From NCBI RefSeq assembly GCF_014396165.1, contig NZ_CP060715.1, forward strand, positions 2,160,001 through 2,192,000: a DNA stretch of 32,000 bases, in the 5' to 3' direction. The position numbers and the translations under genes are program-made. Each line of letters opens with the position of its first letter. Position 1 is the first letter of the stretch. The stretch comes from Erysipelothrix inopinata. GTDB lineage: Bacteria; Bacillota_I; Bacilli_A; Erysipelotrichales; Erysipelotrichaceae. A model generated the notes under the pieces. That model saw nothing but the letters and a program-made list of their open reading frames with translations, did not search any database and had not been told where the DNA came from. Positions 14,543-23,504 of the stretch are shown piece by piece.

Positions 14543-16147
14543 TTATTTTAATAGTTCTTCAAATTCATCTCTAATATGAGGTACTTGCATTCCTACAATA
14601 ATTTGAATTGCTTTTCCCTTACTTACTAATCCGTGAGCCCCAATTTCTTGGAATGTCTTTAGTGGAGCAACCAGTGTTTCATCTACAACGGTTAAACGGA
14701 GTCGTGTTGCACAGTTTGTAACATCAACAATGTTATCCTTACCACCTGTAGCTTGTAGGAACAGTGCAGCTTTTTTAGCATCATCTGAAATGCCAATTGA
14801 TGCTGTTGGATCATTTTCAGTATTTTCTAAATCAAATTTCTTATTTTCACGACTTTCCTTATATTCTTTCTTACTTACAAGTCTCATTTCTTCATCATCA
14901 TCTTCGCGACCTGGTGTTTTGAGATCAAGTTTCAAGATTAAGAAACGGAAGACGACAAACCAAATAACAGTAAACACAAGTCCAACTGCAATTTGAACAA
15001 CATAGATTCTCCAATGTAAAGGTCCGAGTGGTAGCCAGTTCAATGTAATCCAGTTAAGAATTCCACTTGTAAAGTAACCAACAACACCAAACATGTTTGC
15101 TACTGTAGCTAAGGTTGCAGCAAGTGCTGAGTGAGCTACGAATAGAATTGGGGCCATAAATAAGAATGTAAATTCAATTGGTTCTGTTACCCCTGCAATA
15201 AGTGCAGTAATCGAAACAGGAATCATTAACCCCAATACTTGTTTCTTCTTATTTTCTTTAGCTGTTGAATAGAACGCTGCGGTAATACCTGCAGGTCCAA
15301 AGATCTTAGCCATACCATAAAGTGAATAAGCACCCGCTGGGAATTGTTCCTTTAACGGTGCAGGGTTGACTGCCATATTTTCTAATTGAATGAGCCATTG
15401 TGCCTTGATACCACCATCAATTACAGCATTATCAAGTGTAAATGGCATATAAATGAAGTGATGTAATCCTGTAGGAATTAACATTCTTTCTAGGAATGTA
15501 TAAATCCAAACTCCAAAATATCCACTGGTAACAATTAACTCTTGGAATACCCCCATGAAATCTTGTACTTTAGGCCAAATTATTGCAAAGAGTGCAGCAA
15601 TTGGTAACATAACAAAGAAACCAACAATCACAACAAAAGATGATCCTTTGAATGTTCCGAGCCATTCTGGTAATTTAAAATCAAAGAAACGATCATGGAT
15701 TGCGACACTCACACCTGCAACAACAAGTGCTCCGATAACGCCTGTATCCAATGTTAATGTACTTGCAATCGTTGCGAGTCCTGATACTTCGCCTTGAGTC
15801 ATATCGACACCAAGTTGAGGCCCCCAAATTGTAAGAATCGCTGCTAGAAAGTAATTAAATGTAAAATACAGAACAAGTGCTTCCATACATGCACGAGCAT
15901 TTTGTTTCTTAGCAAGTCCAATCGGTAACCCGACGACAAACAACATTGGTACTTGACGGAATACTGCATAAGCACCTTCCTTAATTACAAACCAAATGTT
16001 ATACCACAAAGTTCCTTTGTGGGCGATGCTACCAACAATGAGTTCGGTTTGAAAAACTGTTGATAGACCAATCATGATTCCTGAGAAAGCAAACAGCATG
16101 ACTGGTGTAAACATAGCGCCACCGAATCTCTGAACCTTTTGCATCAT
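14543..16147 (-). CDS. glvC: PTS glucose-family EIICB component, alpha-glucoside/maltose type (GlvC/MalP-like)
   Basis: MMQKVQRFGGAMFTPVMLF opens a multi-TM EIIC domain. After an acidic linker comes EIIB with the phosphorylation-site motif VTNCATRLRL. TAAGGAGGA RBS before the ATG at 16147; the track's extension to 16216 is rejected. No EIIA domain is present. Confidence 0.9.
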   Translation of the reverse strand: MMQKVQRFGGAMFTPVMLFAFSGIMIGLSTVFQTELIVGSIAHKGTLWYNIWFVIKEGAYAVFRQVPMLFVVGLPIGLAKKQNARACMEALVLYFTFNYFLAAILTIWGPQLGVDMTQGEVSGLATIASTLTLDTGVIGALVVAGVSVAIHDRFFDFKLPEWLGTFKGSSFVVIVGFFVMLPIAALFAIIWPKVQDFMGVFQELIVTSGYFGVWIYTFLERMLIPTGLHHFIYMPFTLDNAVIDGGIKAQWLIQLENMAVNPAPLKEQFPAGAYSLYGMAKIFGPAGITAAFYSTAKENKKKQVLGLMIPVSITALIAGVTEPIEFTFLFMAPILFVAHSALAATLATVANMFGVVGYFTSGILNWITLNWLPLGPLHWRIYVVQIAVGLVFTVIWFVVFRFLILKLDLKTPGREDDDEEMRLVSKKEYKESRENKKFDLENTENDPTASIGISDDAKKAALFLQATGGKDNIVDVTNCATRLRLTVVDETLVAPLKTFQEIGAHGLVSKGKAIQIIVGMQVPHIRDEFEELLK

Positions 16148-16175
16148 AGTTAAATCCTCCTTAAATGATAGTCCA

Positions 16176-16204
16176 ATTATATGTAAGGTGGTAAGCGTTT
16201 TCAA
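16176..16204 (-). promoter_or_regulatory. SigmaA promoter of the EIICB / membrane protein / glvA operon
   Basis: The minus strand reads TTGAAA, a 17-nt spacer, then TATAAT, about 28 nt upstream of the start codon. Confidence 0.6.
16190..16203 (-). promoter_or_regulatory. Catabolite-responsive element (cre, CcpA site) overlapping the -35 and spacer
   Basis: Minus strand TGAAAACGCTTACC against consensus TGWAANCGNTNWCA matches 13 of 14 positions by eye. Confidence 0.55.
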
Positions 16205-16264
16205 ACACTTTTCCAAAGCAGGTATGAAAACCCATTTTTAGGGAAAAGTAACACAATACGGACT

Positions 16265-17056
16265 TTAATCCAATTCCTTCATCATCTTATTCTTATAGAG
16301 TTGATATCGAATAAATAAGAACTCTGTAATTAAAAAATACATCGCTGTCGAAGAAGCCATAATTGGATATTCTTCAGTCCCAATACTATGTTTAAGTTTA
16401 GATATATACAGGTTATTATCACTGAGTGCTGCTAGTCTATTATCATTTAAATTTGAGATTGATATGATCTTAATACCTTTTAAGTGAAGACTGGTCGCAA
16501 GTTCGACAACCTCATCGGACTCACCACTAATCGAAATGATAATAATGCAATCACCTTCTCTAAGCTGTGAGACAACATCACGAGGATTTTCAGCATCGTC
16601 AAAACAATATATATAATCTCCAGCCGAAACAAAACGACGGGCCATCTCTTTCACAACATTCAATTGCACAAGCCCTGATCCATAAGCAAAGACTCTTTTT
16701 GCACGATACAAAATTTCACAAGTATCTTCTAAATCATTGTCTTTAAAGTCATCAATCATTGCGTGATAAGTATTCGCAATATGATCCATTTCAAGGTTAA
16801 CATCCTCCTCATCGATTCTGCTTTGATCAAAGCGAAGCATGGCTCTCAATTCACTATAACCCGTCAATGAAAGTTTCTGAGAGAATCGAATAATACTTGT
16901 TTTAGAGATAGAGCAAGCATCTGAAAGTTCATGAAGTGTGTATTGCATACATTTTTCTTTATTATTTTTAATGTAGTTCCAAATATAACGATCATTTTCA
17001 TTTAAATCTGCATAATATTGATTAACTAAGGTTTCAATATTCATCGTGGTAGCCAC
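16265..17056 (-). CDS. glvR: RpiR/MurR-family transcriptional regulator (HTH_6 + SIS), GlvR-like
   Basis: HTH LHELSDACSISKTSIIRFSQKLSLTGYSELR. The SIS domain keeps VFAYGSGLVQ and IIIISISGESDEV. Confidence 0.85.
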   Translation of the reverse strand: MATTMNIETLVNQYYADLNENDRYIWNYIKNNKEKCMQYTLHELSDACSISKTSIIRFSQKLSLTGYSELRAMLRFDQSRIDEEDVNLEMDHIANTYHAMIDDFKDNDLEDTCEILYRAKRVFAYGSGLVQLNVVKEMARRFVSAGDYIYCFDDAENPRDVVSQLREGDCIIIISISGESDEVVELATSLHLKGIKIISISNLNDNRLAALSDNNLYISKLKHSIGTEEYPIMASSTAMYFLITEFLFIRYQLYKNKMMKELD

Positions 17057-17768
17057 CTTTCATAAAATCCTGATACATACTGTGGAGAAGTTCAACCATA
17101 ACAAAGAGTACTGAAATTCCCTTGGTATCCTCTGCACTGATACTAATCGTAAAATCACTGAGTTTATGCATGATTGTTTCACCCTGTTTAGAGATGTTAA
17201 CAGTGAATACCTGTCTTTTAATAAAACTTGGTAACACGTCTAAAATTACATCATCCTGATTCATTGCTAAAAAAATAATTAAATCATCTTGGGTTGCATT
17301 TTCAGATAGTTTTCGAATTTCATGCTCACCCCAAATCGGGTATACTAAAATATCTTCCGAGAAAAAGAGCCGTTTAAAGTACTGCGCAACCAACGTTTCA
17401 GTATGTTTATCGCTGTAGATAAAAACCCGATTCGCAACTGAAAGTCTTTCAAACAAAAGACTGTAATCTTCCCGAATAAAATCAAGAATAGAATCACTCA
17501 TCATGTTTGCTCTTAAGTCTACAGAAGTTGTGGGAGTCTCTATTTGCAGTCCTTGTCTAATAATTAACTTTAATTCACCATATCCACTAAATCCTAATTT
17601 TTGGGAGAATCTTAGGACAGAAGTCCGTGAAGTGTTACATAATTGTGCCAATTCACTAATACTTAACATCGTTGTTTTCTCAAGATTATTTGATATAAAC
17701 TTCCAAATACTTAAATCAACATTCGATAAGGATTCAAAATGTTCTTGTACAATAGTTTCTATTTTCAT
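17034..17768 (-). CDS. Second RpiR-family regulator with divergent SIS-domain motifs
   Basis: HTH ISELAQLCNTSRTSVLRFSQKLGFSGYGELK. The SIS-equivalent positions read VFIYSDKHTE and IIFLAMNQDD instead of G.G.S and S.SG.T. Its 3' end overlaps the downstream RpiR gene by 23 nt. Confidence 0.8.
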   Translation of the reverse strand: MKIETIVQEHFESLSNVDLSIWKFISNNLEKTTMLSISELAQLCNTSRTSVLRFSQKLGFSGYGELKLIIRQGLQIETPTTSVDLRANMMSDSILDFIREDYSLLFERLSVANRVFIYSDKHTETLVAQYFKRLFFSEDILVYPIWGEHEIRKLSENATQDDLIIFLAMNQDDVILDVLPSFIKRQVFTVNISKQGETIMHKLSDFTISISAEDTKGISVLFVMVELLHSMYQDFMKGGYHDEY

Positions 17769-18011
17769 GGCTTACCTCAATCTACTTTTAGTATACACCA
17801 AGTTATCCACTTTTATTCTTATACATTCGTCGTAAGTCTTACTTTATATCCTTTCAATTATATAAAAAGTGTATGAATACTCGTATGAATTGTGTATAAC
17901 CAACATTTTATATTTGTGAAATAACGATGAAAAATCGCAAATATTCAGTCACTACGCTTTACGACATTAAAAAAAACATGTTACAGTATTCATAGAAAGT
18001 GAGGAATACGC

Positions 18012-18338
18012 ATGGCAGATAAAGGTACAGGCGACAAAGTAATTGGTAAAACAAAAGAAGTTATCGGTGAAGTAACTGGTGATGACAAAACTAAAGCTGA
18101 GGGGTTACTTGATCAAGCAATTGGTAAAGCTAAAGAAGTAGCTCACGACATTAAAGACAAATCAGAGGATTTTGCTGAAGATGTGAAAGATGCTACAGAA
18201 AAAGCAGTAGACACACTTAAAGAAAAATCTGAAGATGTCGCTGAAGACGTAAAAGAAACTACTGATAAAGTTGTAGAAAATGTAAAAGACACAACTGAAA
18301 AAGTAGTCGACAACGTTAAAGAAACATTCAAAAAATAA
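18012..18338 (+). CDS. CsbD-like general stress protein with a C-terminal LEA-like repeat extension
   Basis: The N-terminus GDKVIGKTKEVIGEVTGDDKTKAEGLLDQAIGKAKE is the CsbD/UPF0337 pattern. The C-terminus carries repeated (S)EDxAEDVK(D/E)(A/T)T(E/D)K(A/V)V(D/E) units. GAGGAA RBS. Confidence 0.8.
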   Translation: MADKGTGDKVIGKTKEVIGEVTGDDKTKAEGLLDQAIGKAKEVAHDIKDKSEDFAEDVKDATEKAVDTLKEKSEDVAEDVKETTDKVVENVKDTTEKVVDNVKETFKK

Positions 18339-18353
18339 TTGTTTTACCACACA

Positions 18354-18383
18354 AAACACAGGATCCACATCCTGTGTTTTTTT
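18354..18383 (+). terminator. Rho-independent terminator after the csbD-like gene, abutting the 3' end of the convergent 75-aa gene
   Basis: AAACACAGGAT-CCAC-ATCCTGTGTTT followed by a T-run. Confidence 0.8.
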
Positions 18384-18609
18384 AGATTATAAAATAAGTT
18401 AGTAACCCCACACCTATACAGAAGATAATGTAGAGTTTATTATTCTTGAGATTTTCTTCGCTTAGTGCAATGGTATAAAATTGGAGCGCTACAAAACCAG
18501 AACCAATTCCTTTCACGATTTGCGAAGAAGTCAAACTAATAAAGTACAGTAAGAAAACAAGTACGATTAAGAAAACCAATGACTTTGTTTTCATTGGAAA
18601 CTTTGCCAT
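18382..18609 (-). CDS. Small membrane protein (75 aa)
   Basis: AGGAGG RBS 9 nt upstream. Two hydrophobic segments. No recognised family. Confidence 0.5.
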   Translation of the reverse strand: MAKFPMKTKSLVFLIVLVFLLYFISLTSSQIVKGIGSGFVALQFYTIALSEENLKNNKLYIIFCIGVGLLTYFII

Positions 18610-18644
18610 GATACAGTGCCTCCTAAAGTAGATTTGATTACTAC

Positions 18645-19061
18645 TTATTGATTATATCCATAATACTTTCCCAGAATATGATCTAATTGATTGACGATCT
18701 TAAAGGAATCTTCTGATGTATTGAATTTGATACCATCAACATTTGTCTGAGAAAGTCCCGGTACGATTGTTACAATGTGTTGATTATCTTCGTAAAATGA
18801 AACTTCAATACCTTCTCCTATCATTATCGGCCCCACATATTTATTCCTTAGTTTAACTTGTGAGATAAGTTCAATAATTACGTTAAAATCAGGATTTTCT
18901 TGAGACACTTCCACTATCTCATTATGATGACTTAATGTAATTCTTGAAACTTTAATATCCTTGATACTGCTGAGCTTATTTTCATTAACTTCGACAGTGT
19001 AAAACATACCAAAGACTATAGCAATGACAATTAGAATCACTAACTTTGTTATACGTTTCAT
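18645..19061 (-). CDS. Membrane-anchored or secreted hypothetical protein (138 aa)
   Basis: AGGAG RBS 6 nt upstream. N-terminal signal/anchor MKRITKLVILIVIAIVFGMF. No recognised family. Confidence 0.6.
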   Translation of the reverse strand: MKRITKLVILIVIAIVFGMFYTVEVNENKLSSIKDIKVSRITLSHHNEIVEVSQENPDFNVIIELISQVKLRNKYVGPIMIGEGIEVSFYEDNQHIVTIVPGLSQTNVDGIKFNTSEDSFKIVNQLDHILGKYYGYNQ

Positions 19062-19191
19062 AGCATGCTCCTATCTATTGACTCAGTCTGTCAATAACTA
19101 ACTCTGTGTTGATAGATGATGGATGTTGCTTCTTTATTTCATTAAAGCACAGATTGTATTGCGTTGTATACCTTCCTATGTGATATTTTCT

Positions 19192-19200
19192 TGATATAAT
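19192..19200 (+). promoter_or_regulatory. Candidate extended -10 promoter (TGaTATAAT) for the deaminase gene
   Basis: TTGATATAAT ends 35 nt upstream of the ATG. No good -35. Confidence 0.4.
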
Positions 19201-19235
19201 GGGTCTAGAGTATAAATTACAGAAAGAGGACTCTT

Positions 19236-19691
19236 ATGAATGATGAGCAAATAATGACAATTGCCTTAGATTTAGCGCGACGTGCAGTAGAGAACGGTAA
19301 TGAACCTTTTGGTGCCCTTCTTGTGAAAAATGGTGAGATTGTAGCAACTACCGAAAATAAGATTCATTCACATTCCAATCCGACGCATCATGCTGAACTC
19401 CTATTAATAAGCGAATACTGTATGAAACATCATGTTATGGATTTAGCAGACATCACCCTTTATACAAGTTGTGAACCCTGTTTCATGTGTTCGGGAGCGA
19501 CAGTTTGGACATCCTTGAACCGACTTGTGTACAGTGCAGGAAGCTGTGATCTCAATCGAATCTTAGGAGAACCTGAGGTGAGCTCAAGTGAAATTGTATA
19601 CCTCAACTCTCACCACCAACCGGAAGTTACCAAAAATATTCTCAATGCTGAAGGCATCGAAATATTACAATCCTATTTTGGAACCAAGTAA
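19236..19691 (+). CDS. CMP/dCMP-type zinc deaminase (guanine/cytosine/nucleoside deaminase-like, CDA fold)
   Basis: H-A-E (THHAELLLI) and CEPCFMCSGA zinc-ligand motifs. Overall resemblance to B. subtilis GuaD-type small deaminases. Substrate cannot be assigned from sequence. Confidence 0.85.
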   Translation: MNDEQIMTIALDLARRAVENGNEPFGALLVKNGEIVATTENKIHSHSNPTHHAELLLISEYCMKHHVMDLADITLYTSCEPCFMCSGATVWTSLNRLVYSAGSCDLNRILGEPEVSSSEIVYLNSHHQPEVTKNILNAEGIEILQSYFGTK

Positions 19692-19705
19692 TTCTATCGT
19701 TAAAA

Positions 19706-19743
19706 AAGATGATGCGTCCCAATCGATGCATCATCTTTCTTTA
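19706..19743. terminator. Bidirectional rho-independent terminator between the convergent deaminase and GH18 genes
   Basis: AAGATGATGC...GCATCATCTT hairpin flanked by AAAAAA on the left and TTCTTT on the right, so a U-tract follows the stem on either strand. Confidence 0.7.
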
Positions 19744-19820
19744 TTCTAGTTAGCTTGTAAATACTATTTAAATTTAAAACCAATGTTTGAGACCTAATTT
19801 ATCTGAAACTTATTCATAAA

Positions 19821-21758
19821 TTAGTTATTTACTTTTATCTTTCTTTTAACAATAACACCAGCAACTAACATAACGCCAAACCCTAACATAATATAAGGAG
19901 TTAGATTTTGCGAAATACCTGTTGCAGGTAATGCTTCTTTTTCTTCTATTGGAGTTTTAACGTCTTCAGTTGATGTCTCCACTTCCTCTACGGGAGGTTT
20001 TATTTCTTCAACTGGAGGTTTCACTTCCTCAATTGGCGGTACAATTTCTTCTACTTCTTCGCGAAGATCAATGGCTTTGTATTCAATCACTTTATTCAAC
20101 ACTTTATCCTCAGATAGGTTTCTTTCAAATAAACTCTTAAGACTCCCCAGTTTCAAGGTGTTGATTTCAATTTCATAAACATCTCCTGGGGCAATATATT
20201 CTGAAATTTCAAATGTTGTAGTCTCTTCTTCAGTTTCAAATACAAGTACAGGATTTTTTAATGTGTAACGGTTTAATTCTGCTTGCTTTAGAGCAGGAAC
20301 TGTTTCTTTTGGAACATAATCATTCGTAATTGTAATTGTGTTATTTTCAACCTTGATACTCAATCCCGGATGTTCTACATCACGATGATTTTTATTTGCT
20401 ACAGGATTTCCATTTTTAAAGAGTGTCTTATGAATTGTGGTAGCAAGCTCATCTCGTTTTCCGGATGCAGTTTCTTTATCTTGAGACGCCATCCATACGA
20501 TGATACCTCCCAAATCGTTATCAAGAACATAATTTGACTTGGCTTCCACAGATTTTACAGAGTCATAGCTTAAGAATGCCCCTGTATCTTTGTTATACAT
20601 ATAGTTCATCTTTGAAACATCATCCCAATACTCAACCATGCCTGGATACACTTTATCTAAGCGATCGAAGTTTCGGTATGCCCATAAGCCTGCTGCATGT
20701 CCCTGGTCCCCATCTACTAATGGACGATCGTTCCATGCTCCTTTTCCTACAGGAGAACCATCTTCTTTGATATGAGTTGAATCTTCAAGGATTTCACCGC
20801 CAAACCCTGGTAGATTTGCATCCGTATTGTCTGAAGAAACTTTATGGAAACCACGGCTGTAATTTGCCACACCAATCACTATTTTTTCCGAAGGAGCTCC
20901 TTGGTTTTTATAGAAGTTCACAGCATGTTCTGCAGTCCACATATTTGGATACTTAGGGTTTGCCATCAATGCAGTATGGTGATAAGCTTGTTGGTCCCAA
21001 TTACCATGTGTGTCATACGTCATGATATTTGCAAAATCGATATGTTCAAATAAATCAGCAATTGCAGGACCAAAACTTGCATTCCAACCACTTGAAGTTG
21101 CTGCAATGGATAATTCGTAATCCTTTTGAGAACTCTTTGATTTTTCATCAAGAGCCTCTCTTAAATCTTTAAGTAAAAGAGGGTAGGACCATTTGTCATC
21201 CGGGCCACCTAGAGGTGTTCCCTCATCTTCTTTATTATCAATCAAATCTGGGAAACGCTCCATTCCTGGATATTCCCAGTCCACATCTACAAAATCAAGA
21301 TTTGCATAATCAACAAGACGCATCACTTGATCGACAAAATTCTTACGTTTAATATCATCTTTGGCTACTGCACTAAAATCACCAGACTTTGACCAACCAC
21401 CAAGGGAAATCCCTACTTTCAGATTAGGATTTTCTGTTTTAAGATGTGTTACTGCCGATAAGAGCCCTTGCATTGAAGCATGTGGTGCATTAAGCCCGTT
21501 ATCTTGTTTATAAGCGTAGATTTCATCAAACATCAAATCTCCGTTATCATCAAAATCAATAAAAGCATAATTTAAGTGTGTATATAAATCTGCCGGCATA
21601 TCCTTAGGTAGGAAATTACCTTGGTCATCACCAACAGACCAGTCACCATAATACATGATGAACCTCTTATTGCTTGGTTCTTGTGCATTAACAGAAATCT
21701 TAGGTACGATACCCAAGATTAGAGTAAGACTAAAAAACATGATTAAGAATTTTTTCAT
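19821..21758 (-). CDS. Secreted, sortase-anchored GH18 glycoside hydrolase (chitinase or endo-beta-N-acetylglucosaminidase-like)
   Basis: Signal peptide MKKFLIMFFSLTLILGIVPKISVNAQE. GH18 catalytic motif DFVDVDWEYPG. C-terminal LPATG, then a hydrophobic stretch, then a KRKIK sorting signal. Confidence 0.9.
   Translation of the reverse strand: MKKFLIMFFSLTLILGIVPKISVNAQEPSNKRFIMYYGDWSVGDDQGNFLPKDMPADLYTHLNYAFIDFDDNGDLMFDEIYAYKQDNGLNAPHASMQGLLSAVTHLKTENPNLKVGISLGGWSKSGDFSAVAKDDIKRKNFVDQVMRLVDYANLDFVDVDWEYPGMERFPDLIDNKEDEGTPLGGPDDKWSYPLLLKDLREALDEKSKSSQKDYELSIAATSSGWNASFGPAIADLFEHIDFANIMTYDTHGNWDQQAYHHTALMANPKYPNMWTAEHAVNFYKNQGAPSEKIVIGVANYSRGFHKVSSDNTDANLPGFGGEILEDSTHIKEDGSPVGKGAWNDRPLVDGDQGHAAGLWAYRNFDRLDKVYPGMVEYWDDVSKMNYMYNKDTGAFLSYDSVKSVEAKSNYVLDNDLGGIIVWMASQDKETASGKRDELATTIHKTLFKNGNPVANKNHRDVEHPGLSIKVENNTITITNDYVPKETVPALKQAELNRYTLKNPVLVFETEEETTTFEISEYIAPGDVYEIEINTLKLGSLKSLFERNLSEDKVLNKVIEYKAIDLREEVEEIVPPIEEVKPPVEEIKPPVEEVETSTEDVKTPIEEKEALPATGISQNLTPYIMLGFGVMLVAGVIVKRKIKVNN
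19980..20039 (-). repeat. In-frame proline-rich tandem repeat (PPxEE[VI]K x3) in the cell-wall spanning stalk of the GH18 protein
   Basis: PPIEEVK PPVEEIK PPVEEV is encoded by three ~21-nt near-repeats immediately before the LPATG region. Confidence 0.7.
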
Positions 21759-21786
21759 GATACCCTCCCTTTTTAATCATACCAAC

Positions 21787-21815
21787 AATATAGCACAAGC
21801 TGAAAACGTTTACAA
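21787..21815 (-). promoter_or_regulatory. Candidate sigmaA promoter for the GH18 gene
   Basis: The minus strand reads TTGTAA, a 17-nt spacer, then TATATT, about 28 nt upstream of the ATG and the AGGGAGGG RBS. Confidence 0.4.
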
Positions 21816-21837
21816 CATAAGGTTATAACATTATGGT

Positions 21838-23500
<1,663 letters not shown>

Positions 23501-23504
<4 letters not shown>

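Noticed and set aside
15768-15785. GCGAGTCCTGATAC inside the EIICB gene resembles the tRNA-Trp T-arm/acceptor (TCGAGTCCTGCTAC), raising the possibility of an att repeat
   Set aside because: The match is only ~12 nt and lies inside a conserved coding region 3 kb beyond the compositional border of the islet, so it is most likely coincidence.
17503-18368. ORFs 17503-17835 (+), 18143-18331 (-) and 18162-18368 (-)
   Set aside because: The first is antisense to the RpiR gene and runs into its promoter region. The other two are antisense to the repeat-rich csbD-like gene, where the repeats keep the frames open.
19076-19096. Perfect 7-bp inverted repeat TATTGAC-n7-GTCAATA just upstream of the 138-aa gene
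   Set aside because: It is short and AT-rich and has no partner regulator gene. Its TTGAC(A/T) halves may simply be -35-like hexamers of divergent promoters.
21759-21837. A terminator between pyrD and the GH18 gene
   Set aside because: Only a weak 5-bp A/U-rich hairpin (CAUAA...UUAUG) without a U-tract is present, which is not convincing. Read-through from the pyr operon cannot be excluded.
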